A stretch of 64,000 nucleotides of DNA, taken from Truepera sp. (GTDB taxonomy: Bacteria > Deinococcota > Deinococci > Deinococcales > Trueperaceae). The first letter of the stretch is position 1. Each line of letters begins with the position of its first letter. Positions 20,293-29,758 of the stretch are shown here, in pieces. The notes under the pieces are model-generated. The model had not been told where the DNA came from. It ran no database searches and saw only the letters and a list, made by a program, of their open reading frames with translations. The stretch lies in NCBI GenBank assembly GCA_965218435.1, contig CBDCKW010000009.1:576001-640000 (forward strand). The letters are read 5' to 3'. A program made the position numbers and the translations under genes.

Positions 20293-20954
20293 GCCTCGAG
20301 CCTAGCACCACGGCAGCCTTAAAAAAAACCGTTTGCGACCTGCACGCTCTCTTACCGGCTAACAACCTCGTTGCCTGGACAAGCGGCAATATCAGCGGCA
20401 GAGTCGCGGGTTCAGGCCGCATGGTCATTAAACCTTCGGGAATCGTGTTTGAAGACCTTACGCCGGAAAACATGTGTGAGGTTGAGCTCGAGACGCTAAC
20501 AAATAAAAGCCCGCACAAGTTTTCATCTGACACTGCTACCCACGCCTATATCTACCAACATATGCCCGAGGTAGGCGGAATTGTCCATACCCATAGCCCT
20601 TACGCAACTGCCTTTGCCGCAATCGGTCAAGAGATTCCCTGTTTTTTAACGGCGATGGCCGATGAATTCGGCGGCCCAATCCCCTGCGGCGGCTTTGCCT
20701 TGATCGGGGGTGACGACATCGGGCGTGAGGTGGTGCGGGTGCTGACAGATCACAGATCACCTGCACTTATCTTGCAAAACCACGGCGTCTTTACGGTCGG
20801 CAAAACGCCCCAAGCGGCGGTCAAAGCCGCCATTATGTGTGAAGACGTGGCGCGGACGTCGTTTTTAGCGTTGCAACTCGGCCAGCCCCTGTCTATTGCC
20901 CCGGAAGACATCGCCAAGCTCTATGACCGTTATCAAAATGTTTACGGCCAGTGA
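20289..20954 (+). CDS. araD: L-ribulose-5-phosphate 4-epimerase (class II aldolase family)
   Basis: WTSGNIS, IKPSG, SSDTATH, VHTHSPYATA, QNHGVF, C-terminal RYQNVYGQ. Confidence 0.9.
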   Translation: MSLEPSTTAALKKTVCDLHALLPANNLVAWTSGNISGRVAGSGRMVIKPSGIVFEDLTPENMCEVELETLTNKSPHKFSSDTATHAYIYQHMPEVGGIVHTHSPYATAFAAIGQEIPCFLTAMADEFGGPIPCGGFALIGGDDIGREVVRVLTDHRSPALILQNHGVFTVGKTPQAAVKAAIMCEDVARTSFLALQLGQPLSIAPEDIAKLYDRYQNVYGQ

Positions 20955-21059
20955 GACATTTTGGGTCGTGCGTCAACTGGGCTCATCTCGCTTTAGGTAT
21001 GAAGGAGAAGATATCCGAATGAAATGCGGAGAAGCTCTAGTTTTTACCCAGTGGGGTTC

Positions 21060-21420
21060 AAAGCTAAAGCTGCAGGGTTGTGTCGCATAAGGGGCAGAGT
21101 TATCAGGCGCAGCTGTTTCCGGTGCTCGAGCTCGTAGCTTGCGTGACCTTAACCAAGAAGCTGCCGAACGCGCTGCTTAGACGTAGTAGGTCGAGGCACT
21201 AAGCGTCAAAGCACTGTCACTCGTTCTGATATAGATGTCATTTTGGACCTTACCGTACCGTAAGCGCACGCTGAAGTGACGCTGCGGGCGCTTGCGGCGG
21301 GCAAGTGTGTCCACCTCGAGAAACCGCTAGCACTAAACTGAACTGAGGGCGAGCGTCGTTGCGGCTGTCCCTGCACCGGGTTTGCGCGTAAGCTGTGCTC
21401 TCGGCACGCTTCTGGGTGCA
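21060..21420 (+). pseudogene. Degraded Gfo/Idh/MocA oxidoreductase N-terminal remnant
   Basis: FPVLELVAC...DIDVILDLTVP*AHAEVTLRALAAGKCVHLEKPLALN* with stops and frameshifts; not shown in the ORF track; boundaries approximate. Confidence 0.7.
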
Positions 21421-21566
21421 AATATCCATAGGCAGTTAAGGGGTTACAAACGACGTCAGAAAATAGAACTACTGTTCGCTCACCTCGGTAACTTCCGGCA
21501 TTAGTCGTTCGTTATGAGCGTTAAGCAGAAAACTTCTTTAGCTTTCTCTAACTTGGCTACATTAAA

Positions 21567-22721
21567 TTACTGCCCAGGTGTTTTTGAGATGGGTTCTAGT
21601 AATACAGGTTCTCCGCCTTTTAGCGATGACTGCTGCAAGGCCAGAATGATCTCCTGATCAAGCCGTGCTTGTTGCGGACCATAGCTAGGGTCTTTTCCTG
21701 TATGTACCGCTTCTATTAAACTTAGCAAACATGAGGCTACGCCAATCTCGTCGTCGTGCCACTGCACTCCGTGGCCCTTTTTGGTCTCTATCAAAGGGTT
21801 GTCCCAACGGACCATAGGGATGTTCGGGTCACCGGTGTGAGCGACAACAGCGATCAGTGCACCACCGTCACTACGTTCAAAACGGCGTTCTATTGTAAGG
21901 AAGTGAGGTGCTTCTTCGCCAGCAGCTAGTACGCTGAGTTTTTCTACAGTCTCCAACCCGAGTCCAACGGTTATACCCATACCTTTTTCTGCCAGAAAAC
22001 GACTGCTCCGCCACCAGCGTAACGGTGAGTCGTAACCAACGTCGGTCCAGTGAAATATACCCAGCCGCCCGTCTTCAAACTCGATTATGCCGTGTTCCTG
22101 AGTTTCTGTCCTTGAACCGTTCGTACCAGCTAACCGCGCCCAGTGCGGCGCAAGACCATAGTCGCGTACCAGACCCATTACTTGTACTGGTTTGGCATCA
22201 AAACCCAGATAGCTCCGCATCACGCTCACGCCGTGATAGCCGTGACCAGCAAAGTCGTTAAATGAACTGTATACACGCCCAAAAAGCCCCGTGTCGAGGA
22301 GTTTGAGCTTAATCTGCTCCATTGGGCGTCGGTGGAACTGTTCAGCTACTTCGATCTTCAGGTCACGTTTAGCAGCAGCAGCAATGATCGCGTCTGCTTC
22401 GCTGAGTTTATGAGCAATAGGGGTCTCTAAAAGCATGTGAAGGCCATGTTCTACAGCCATGAGTCCGACTTCACCGTTGGCGCTGTAAGAGACCGAGGCA
22501 ATCCCGACTTGGGGGGCTGTATCTCGGATGAGGTGGTCTAAATTCGTATACCAGGGTACCCCTAAGCTTTTGCCCAAACGCTGCGCCGACTTTTCGCTGC
22601 GCCCCCAGACTGAAACAAGTGACACCTCGCTCGCGAGCGCCTTCAGGATGGGGCCGTAAAGGTAATCTGAACGTGCCGCAGTGCCAATCAAACATACACG
22701 GATAGGGTCTTTAGAGGTCAT
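21567..22721 (-). CDS. Gfo/Idh/MocA family oxidoreductase
   Basis: IRVCLIGT Rossmann start; HMLLETPIA (EKP-like); VAEQFHRRP. Confidence 0.8.
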   Translation of the reverse strand: MTSKDPIRVCLIGTAARSDYLYGPILKALASEVSLVSVWGRSEKSAQRLGKSLGVPWYTNLDHLIRDTAPQVGIASVSYSANGEVGLMAVEHGLHMLLETPIAHKLSEADAIIAAAAKRDLKIEVAEQFHRRPMEQIKLKLLDTGLFGRVYSSFNDFAGHGYHGVSVMRSYLGFDAKPVQVMGLVRDYGLAPHWARLAGTNGSRTETQEHGIIEFEDGRLGIFHWTDVGYDSPLRWWRSSRFLAEKGMGITVGLGLETVEKLSVLAAGEEAPHFLTIERRFERSDGGALIAVVAHTGDPNIPMVRWDNPLIETKKGHGVQWHDDEIGVASCLLSLIEAVHTGKDPSYGPQQARLDQEIILALQQSSLKGGEPVLLEPISKTPGQ

Positions 22722-22939
22722 TTCACTTATCCTAAACTTTGGGAGGATAAGATACTACCGCTGAGCTCGACATAGGAGCGTCAAGTCTCGGCTACTTCGG
22801 TGAAGCTGTGTCACGTCATGCCGTAGTGACTAACGTGCGAAGATAAATAAGTTTTCTTTGCTTGTGACAAAGCAGTCCGTATTCTAGACATGACGCTCGA
22901 GCCTGCGTAAAAGGTTGCTGAGTGCTTCACAACCCGGTT

Positions 22940-23959
22940 TTATGATGGCGGCGGTGCCGTGCTTAACCGTTCGATCAGTCGAGGGTAGAGCGTGCGCTGA
23001 TGGCGGGGGGTATCTGGCTGTTGGATCAGAGCCAGAAGGTAATCAACCGTTTGCTGACCCATAGCTGCAAAATCTTGATAGACAGTCGTTAACGGCGGCT
23101 CGAAGAAGCTAGCTTCCGGGATATCGTCAAAACCTACAACTGAAACATCTCTGGGTACCTCTAAGCCCTGCTCGCGAAGTGCCCTCATTGCTCCAAGTGC
23201 CATCTGATCATTGGCAACAACTAGAGCTGTGAACGGCTTTGCCAACTGTTTAGCGGCACTGTAGCCGCTACGAGCCGTCCAGTCTCCTACGGCTCTAGGT
23301 CCAGGAACTAGTCTGGCTCCATGTAACGTTGCCTCCCAAGCTCTATGCCGTTCTAAGGCGCTGTACCAGCTAAGAGGGCCACAGATTTCTGCGATTTCTC
23401 GGTGCCCCAAATCTATAAGATGTTGTGTGGCAAGCCTTACGCCCTCAGTCTGATCTAAAACTACTGAGGGCAACTTAGCGTGTTTAGGGACGTCGGTCAT
23501 AACCACCGGTAGTGGTCTTTTAAGAGATAAAAGCTGGCTGGGCTCGAGATTGACCGACGGCGCAATAATGACAATTCCATCGACAAATTGACTGGCAAGA
23601 TCGTCTATCGCTGCCTGCAACTGCTGAGGAGAAGGCACGTCGATGTTACGAAGGGCGAAACCGTAACCTCGCACTCTTACCGTCTTCTCAATTTCGCTAA
23701 ACATTTGCGCTGGGCCAAAATAGTTGGTCCCGTAGCTAACTATTCCAATAATGTTAGAGCGACGCGTCACCAACCCTTTCGCCGTGCGGTTAGGTCGGTA
23801 TCTCAGGGCGTGAACAGCTTCTAGAACGCGCTGGCGCGTTTTTTCAGACACATTAGGGTGGTTGTTAACAACCCTCGAGACGGTCTGATGCGAGACGCCG
23901 GCAACGCGTGCAACATCCTCAAGAGTGGCTTGCTTGTCGCCAAAAGTGACCACAGACAA
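22940..23959 (-). CDS. LacI family transcriptional regulator, paralog of 17461..18522
   Basis: TLEDVARVAGVSHQTVSRVVN; GIVSYGTNYFGPAQM; VPRDVSVVGFDD. Confidence 0.92.
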   Translation of the reverse strand: MSVVTFGDKQATLEDVARVAGVSHQTVSRVVNNHPNVSEKTRQRVLEAVHALRYRPNRTAKGLVTRRSNIIGIVSYGTNYFGPAQMFSEIEKTVRVRGYGFALRNIDVPSPQQLQAAIDDLASQFVDGIVIIAPSVNLEPSQLLSLKRPLPVVMTDVPKHAKLPSVVLDQTEGVRLATQHLIDLGHREIAEICGPLSWYSALERHRAWEATLHGARLVPGPRAVGDWTARSGYSAAKQLAKPFTALVVANDQMALGAMRALREQGLEVPRDVSVVGFDDIPEASFFEPPLTTVYQDFAAMGQQTVDYLLALIQQPDTPRHQRTLYPRLIERLSTAPPPS

Positions 23960-23986
23960 ACCTTACCAGAAGAAGGATTGCAGAGA

Positions 23987-24000
23987 CGTTATCGCTAACA
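23987..24000. promoter_or_regulatory. LacI-type operator upstream of the second lacI
   Basis: CGTTATCGCTAACA matches TGTTANCGNTAACA. Confidence 0.6.
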
Positions 24001-24106
24001 AACTAGACATATTTATATGTAGACAATATAGCTAAGCCTTGTCTTGACAGTAACAAAACGTAGATTTTAGCTTTTGAAAACACACAAACTGTAGTCTTAA
24101 CGCTCA

Positions 24107-24150
24107 TTGACAAGATACACCAGATATGCTACCGTTTGTTAGCGTTAACA
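24107..24150 (+). promoter_or_regulatory. Sigma70 promoter followed by a LacI-type operator
   Basis: TTGACA-17nt-TACCGT with TG extension; TGTTAGCGTTAACA at 24137-24150. Confidence 0.75.
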
Positions 24151-24401
24151 AAATATTGAATGGTTTGGGTTCTTGTCAACCTTATGAAGGGTGGTTGCTA
24201 TGTAAGTACCGAAACGACGCCGCAAGGTTACAGATCATCGCTAGCTGCGCTGACTGCCTTTACGCAGACTTGCTCGCTATGTAGTTCAAACTTGTGTATC
24301 AGCAGGGTGAAGGCGTACACCTTTTTGACATTACAGACGATTTTGAGAGACTAATCCTGCGAACTCTCAATCTATCCAAGACTTAGGAGATAAAACTGCT
24401 C

Positions 24402-25694
24402 ATGAAAAATGGTGACCATCTAGTCTTAAAGCCGGGTTTTCGCATTTTTGGAATCTTGGTTGCAGCCTCGGCACTTATCTTTACGACCGCAGCGGCTCAA
24501 ACGCCCCTTCAGTACTGGGGCTGGGTTGATGGCAGCGAAGAAGCCGTCGCGTTGTGGAACCAGACGCATCCTAATGTACAGGTCAACTTCACACGTACAA
24601 CAGCCGGCACAGAGCACTACAACAAGGTTAAAACCGCGGTCACCGCAGGTTCCGGCGGCCCCGATGTGGCGCAGGTTGAGTTTCAACTGCTGACTAGTAT
24701 GGTCGTGGCTGGTGCGGTTCAGCCAATCACGCAACAAGCAGCTTCGGCGGAGGATCAGTTTATCGACTGGACGTGGCAGCAGGTCAGCCTCGGCGGAGAT
24801 GTTTACGCCATTCCGCAAGACATTGGGCCGATGGGGATGTTTTATAACAAAGAGCTCTTTGCAAAGTACGATATCACGGTACCGACCACTTGGGATGAAT
24901 ATGCTGCTGCCGCAGAAAAGCTTCATAAAGCGGACCCGTCTAAATACATCGCGCATTTCTCGCCCGCTCAGGTAGGTCAGTTTGCAGGTTATGCCTGGCA
25001 AAATAGCGCTAAATGGTTTGGAATTGATGGCGATGCTTGGCAGGTGAGTTTAAGCGGCGCTGAAACGAAACGAGTTGCCGACTATTGGCAAGGTCTTATT
25101 GACCGCGATCTCGTCAAGGTCGAAACAGACTTTAACCCAGCTTGGTATAAAGACCTGCAAGACGGAAACATTGCTACCTGGATTACTGCCGTTTGGGGTG
25201 CGGGAACATTGGCGGTTAACGTTCCTGGAGGTTCAGGCAAGTGGGCGGCAGCGCCCATGCCCCAATGGACTACCGGCGCTGCGGCAGCGGGGAACTGGGG
25301 CGGCTCGACCACAGCCGTGATCACGGGGAGCCAACACGTTGATGAGGCCGTCGCGTTTGCTGTCTGGCTTAACAGTGATCCGGGTGCGCTCGAGGCGATG
25401 ATCAAAGCTCAAAACATCTTCCCGGCGACGAAAGAGGGTGCAAACTTGCCCATCATGAAAGAAGGTAACGCCTATTTCGGCGGGCAGGTGGTCAACGACG
25501 TGTTTGCTGAAGCGGCAACTAGTGTCGATCCGTCTTGGACGTGGGGGCCGACGATGGACCAGGTTTATGCCAACCTCGGTGACCAGTTTACGGCCGCCAC
25601 GAACGGTGACGAGACCCTTTCGGTAGCACTAGATACAGTACAAGGAAACACTGTGACAGCGATGACGCAACTGGGTCTAACGGTCGTACGCTAG
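24402..25694 (+). CDS. Oligosaccharide (CUT1) ABC transporter substrate-binding protein
   Basis: Signal peptide; PDVAQVE, YAIPQDIGPM..FYNK, VPTTWDE, NWGGS; AGGAG SD. Confidence 0.88.
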   Translation: MKNGDHLVLKPGFRIFGILVAASALIFTTAAAQTPLQYWGWVDGSEEAVALWNQTHPNVQVNFTRTTAGTEHYNKVKTAVTAGSGGPDVAQVEFQLLTSMVVAGAVQPITQQAASAEDQFIDWTWQQVSLGGDVYAIPQDIGPMGMFYNKELFAKYDITVPTTWDEYAAAAEKLHKADPSKYIAHFSPAQVGQFAGYAWQNSAKWFGIDGDAWQVSLSGAETKRVADYWQGLIDRDLVKVETDFNPAWYKDLQDGNIATWITAVWGAGTLAVNVPGGSGKWAAAPMPQWTTGAAAAGNWGGSTTAVITGSQHVDEAVAFAVWLNSDPGALEAMIKAQNIFPATKEGANLPIMKEGNAYFGGQVVNDVFAEAATSVDPSWTWGPTMDQVYANLGDQFTAATNGDETLSVALDTVQGNTVTAMTQLGLTVVR

Positions 25695-25709
25695 TATGTC
25701 CATTCGGTG

Positions 25710-25745
25710 GGGTCGGTGCGTCCAAGCGACCGACCCGCTTTTTTT
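25710..25745 (+). terminator. Intra-operon terminator-like hairpin
   Basis: GGGTCGGT...ACCGACCC followed by a T7 tract. Confidence 0.65.
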
Positions 25746-25760
25746 GTTCGGGAGGTTTGG

Positions 25761-26696
25761 ATGATGAGTAGCGTTACAGCAAAAACTCCCAAGGTCAGGC
25801 AGAGGCGGGTGTTATTTAATTGGAGAGGACTTGCAGGCTACGCTTTTGTCGCGCCGTTTATGGTTATCTTTCTCGTTTTTCAGCTTATTCCGGTCGGCTA
25901 CGCGCTCTGGCAAAGCGTTCACGCAACCTCGAGGTCCGGGTTGGGAATCGGCGCGGCCACCGTCCGCTTTGTCGGACTAGCAAACTACATGCAGGCGCTC
26001 CAAGATCAAGAGTTTGTCGCCGGTGTTTTACGGATGCTGCTTTTCGGCATCGTTCAGGTCCCGATCATGCTTGGTCTAGCTCTGCTACTAGCTCTAATTT
26101 TCGATTCTTCGTTTGCTGTTTTTAAGTCGTTTTTTCAGCTCTCGGCTTTTTTGCCCTACGCTTTACCCGGTATTGTAGCGTCGATTCTCTGGTCATTTCT
26201 TTATCTTCCTGGTGTAAGTCCAGTCGTTGCTGTCCTCCAGGCGCTGAATTTGCCTCATAATTTTCTAGGTCCGGGGTCAGTCCTTTGGTCAATCGCCAAT
26301 ATCGTCACCTGGCAGTGGACGGGCTATAACATGCTTATTATTTTTGCGGCCCTGCAAGCTCTGCCGCACGACGTTTTTGAAGCTGCCCGAATTGACGGCG
26401 CAAACGAATGGATGATCAATACTCGCATCAAAATTCCGCTCGTGATTCCAGCAGTCATTCTTACAGCGGTCTTCTCAATTATCGGGACCTTGCAACTTTT
26501 TTCTGAACCAATGATCGTTAGGACGCTTACCAATAACGTTACAACGAAGTTTACGCCGAACATGGCAGCTTACAATATCGCTTTTGGGAACAACAACCCC
26601 AACTACGCAGCGGCGGTTGCGGTCACGCTCGCCGTCGCGACCTTTATCTTGTCGTTCGCCTTTATGAAGCTGGCACAACGGGGAGCTAGCTCGTGA
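25761..26696 (+). CDS. Carbohydrate ABC transporter permease
   Basis: FVGLANY, EAA motif EAARIDGA; GGAGG SD before ATG 25761. Confidence 0.9.
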   Translation: MMSSVTAKTPKVRQRRVLFNWRGLAGYAFVAPFMVIFLVFQLIPVGYALWQSVHATSRSGLGIGAATVRFVGLANYMQALQDQEFVAGVLRMLLFGIVQVPIMLGLALLLALIFDSSFAVFKSFFQLSAFLPYALPGIVASILWSFLYLPGVSPVVAVLQALNLPHNFLGPGSVLWSIANIVTWQWTGYNMLIIFAALQALPHDVFEAARIDGANEWMINTRIKIPLVIPAVILTAVFSIIGTLQLFSEPMIVRTLTNNVTTKFTPNMAAYNIAFGNNNPNYAAAVAVTLAVATFILSFAFMKLAQRGASS

Positions 26697-27559
26697 GTAC
26701 GGTTCGTCGTCGTACACTCGTACCGGCACTTGGCTCACGGTCACTCACATTGATATTTTTACTTGTCGTAGCCGGCTACTGCTTGCTGCCGGTCTCGTGG
26801 CTGATCTTTGCCTCAACCAAAAGCACTGGGGACCTTTACGGCACGTTTGGGTTCTGGTTTGCTAAGTTCAATTTTTTTGAAAACTTAAGACGGCTCGGAG
26901 CGGAAGACGGCGGTATCTTTATCCGCTGGATGCTCAACTCAGTTATCTATGCGGGTGTAGGCGGTTTGCTGAGCATGTTGATCTCGGCGCTGGCTGGTTA
27001 CGCTTTGGCTAAACATAAGTTTGCCGGAAAGGAGCTGATCTTCGGCGTCATCTTGGGCGGCGTCCTGATCCCTGGCGCAGTGCTCGCGCTGCCGCTCTTT
27101 TTGCTGCTCAGTAAGCTCGGACTGACCAACACCTATTTAGGGGTTTTGCTACCGAGTCTGGTCAGTCCGTTCGGGGTCTATTTGTCGCGCGTCTACGCTG
27201 AAGCTTCTGTGCCTGACGAACTGCTCGAGGCTGCCCGGGTTGACGGCTCCGGCGAGTTTAGGACCTTTTTTACGATGGTGCTACGGATTATGGGTCCTGC
27301 CCTCGTAACCGTGTTTCTTTTTCAGTTTGTCGCCATCTGGAACAATTTTTTCCTGCCATTAGTCGTGCTCAGCCGAAACGAGCTATTTCCGGTCACGCTC
27401 GGCCTCTATGCGTGGCAAGGTCAAGCACTCGGCAATCCCGATATTGTCAGCCTCGTTCTTACCGGCTCACTAATTGCAAGTATTCCGCTTGTCATCCTTT
27501 TTTTCTCACTGCAGGGCTACTGGCGCGCCGGGGCTACTGCGGGCGCTGTCAAGGGTTAA
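26693..27559 (+). CDS. Carbohydrate ABC transporter permease
   Basis: EAARVDGSGE, WNNFFLPL, C-terminal GAVKG. Confidence 0.9.
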   Translation: MSTVRRRTLVPALGSRSLTLIFLLVVAGYCLLPVSWLIFASTKSTGDLYGTFGFWFAKFNFFENLRRLGAEDGGIFIRWMLNSVIYAGVGGLLSMLISALAGYALAKHKFAGKELIFGVILGGVLIPGAVLALPLFLLLSKLGLTNTYLGVLLPSLVSPFGVYLSRVYAEASVPDELLEAARVDGSGEFRTFFTMVLRIMGPALVTVFLFQFVAIWNNFFLPLVVLSRNELFPVTLGLYAWQGQALGNPDIVSLVLTGSLIASIPLVILFFSLQGYWRAGATAGAVKG

Positions 27560-27562
27560 CTC

Positions 27563-29635
27563 ATGAAAAAATCACTGCAGACAGAACATTTTAGCTTAGG
27601 CGTATGTTACTACCCTGAACACTGGCCTGAAGACCTCTGGAGGGACGATTTTCAGCGGATGCGCGACCTTGGCTTTTCAGTCATCCGCGTCGCGGAGTTT
27701 GCGTGGACGATCTTTGAACCTGAAGAAGGGTCGTTCTCTTTTGATCTTTTCGACCGGGCTATCGACCTGGCTCACGAACACGGCTTAAAGGTTATCCTCG
27801 GTACGCCAACGGCGACGCCACCCGCTTGGCTGACCCACAAATATCCTGAAGTCCTAAATGTAACCCAAGCAGGCGTTCAGTACCAGCATGGTGAGCGGCG
27901 GCATTATAACTACAACGCTCAAGTTTACCGTGAGCTGTCTGCCCGGCTCGTTCGCAAACTAGCTGAACACTATGGCCACCATCCAGCGGTCATCGGCTGG
28001 CAAATTGACAATGAACTCAACTGTCAGATCGATGTATTTTACGCGGAGGCTGACCAAACTGCATTTCAGAGCTGGCTTAAAGACAAGTACAGCACTTTGG
28101 CTGAACTCAACCACGCTTGGGGAACTACCTTTTGGAACCAAACCTATACGGCTTGGGCGCAGGTTAAGCTGACCGGGCCGACACCCAGTCACTCGCCCAA
28201 CCCGCATCAAGCACTCGATGAAAAGCGATTTTTTTCAGCCAGCGCAATTTCGTTTGCCTGTATTCAAAGCAATATTTTGCGCGAACTTGCGCCTGACCAG
28301 TGGGTTACGACCAACGGTCTCTTCGGTCACCTAGACAGCCATCAACTCACTGAAGAGGCGCTGGACTTTATTTCGTACGACTCTTACCCTAATTTTAGCA
28401 CCCTTTTGGACAAAGGATTTGGACTGCTTGACCGTTACTGGAGCTGGAATCTAAGCAAAGTGCGGAGCATTTCACCTAACTTTTGTGTGATGGAGCAGCA
28501 GTCAGGACCGGGTGGATGGACGAATATTATTGCGCAACCTTCACCTAAACCAGGGCAGATGCGTCTCTGGACCTATCAGTCGGTAGCCCACGGCGCGGAT
28601 ATGGTGCTTTATTTTCGCTGGCGCACCGCGACGATGGGGACAGAAATCTACTGGCACGGCCTTAACGACTACCATAACCGACCGAACCGGCGGGTTGCTG
28701 AAGCCGCGCAGATTGGGCGGGAGCTCGAGGTGTTGGGACCACGTATTGTCGGGACCCAGCCATCGGCTCAAGTCGGTATGGTGTGCGATTACGACAATGA
28801 TTGGGACGGTGAGCTAGACAACTGGCATGGTCCTTATACGCGTCAAAGTATTGAGTCTTGGTTTGCCGCTTTGCAATACAAACATGTCCCTGTAGACGCG
28901 GTGTATCTACGGGCTACCACAACGCTTCAAGACCTAACTAAATACCAGGTCCTCATCTACCCGCATCCTGCTATTTTGAGCGACACCACGGCCGCACTAC
29001 TCACCAAGTACGTAAACCAAGGTGGGAAACTCGTCTTTGGTTGTCGTACAGGGTATAAGGACACAACTGGGCAATGCTATATGCGACCGTTTCCAGGTCC
29101 TGTGGCAGACCTATGTGGTATTACAGTTACAGACTTTACACGTATTGGGCCAAATGAACAGGCACCTACCGTGCGGTGGTTCGTGGAGGGCGGCCTCGAC
29201 GCGGCAGCCGACAGCTTTAACGATGTCTTACAAGTAGAGGCGTCTAGCGCAGATGTGTTAGCCGAGTATGTCGGTGGTTACTACACCGGCTTACCCGCGC
29301 TTATACGGAACCGTCTAGGGGATGGCGAAGCCTACTACTATGGCGCGGTTTTCAACGAGGAAGCGGCAGCAGCCTTGATCACGCAACTTGGCTTGGTATC
29401 GCCACTTGACGATTTGATAGATCTACCACAAGTGGTTGAACTGTGTATCAGAGAAAACTTCCGATCCGGGGAAAAACTGATCTTTCTACTTAACTATAGT
29501 GCTGAAGAACAGGTATTAGATTTCCGCGGGGCTGTCACTAATTTAATCACAAAGGAACAAGGGCAGGAATCAGTAGTACTAGGGCCATTCGGTGTATGCG
29601 TTCTGACTACTGATAAGTACGCTAGTCAACCTTAA
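27563..29635 (+). CDS. Beta-galactosidase, glycoside hydrolase family 42
   Basis: GVCYYPEHW, AEFAW..EP.EG, GTPTATPPAWL, WQIDNE, VMEQQSG, YFRWR. Confidence 0.92.
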   Translation: MKKSLQTEHFSLGVCYYPEHWPEDLWRDDFQRMRDLGFSVIRVAEFAWTIFEPEEGSFSFDLFDRAIDLAHEHGLKVILGTPTATPPAWLTHKYPEVLNVTQAGVQYQHGERRHYNYNAQVYRELSARLVRKLAEHYGHHPAVIGWQIDNELNCQIDVFYAEADQTAFQSWLKDKYSTLAELNHAWGTTFWNQTYTAWAQVKLTGPTPSHSPNPHQALDEKRFFSASAISFACIQSNILRELAPDQWVTTNGLFGHLDSHQLTEEALDFISYDSYPNFSTLLDKGFGLLDRYWSWNLSKVRSISPNFCVMEQQSGPGGWTNIIAQPSPKPGQMRLWTYQSVAHGADMVLYFRWRTATMGTEIYWHGLNDYHNRPNRRVAEAAQIGRELEVLGPRIVGTQPSAQVGMVCDYDNDWDGELDNWHGPYTRQSIESWFAALQYKHVPVDAVYLRATTTLQDLTKYQVLIYPHPAILSDTTAALLTKYVNQGGKLVFGCRTGYKDTTGQCYMRPFPGPVADLCGITVTDFTRIGPNEQAPTVRWFVEGGLDAAADSFNDVLQVEASSADVLAEYVGGYYTGLPALIRNRLGDGEAYYYGAVFNEEAAAALITQLGLVSPLDDLIDLPQVVELCIRENFRSGEKLIFLLNYSAEEQVLDFRGAVTNLITKEQGQESVVLGPFGVCVLTTDKYASQP

Positions 29636-29758
29636 GCCAAGTTTGTGACCGATATCGACTGTGTACTACAGAGTATAGTCGAATACGGGTAATCAAACTT
29701 TCGCACTATAGGGCTATAGAACCAAACAGGTTCTAGATAAATATTGATGGGAGTTACT

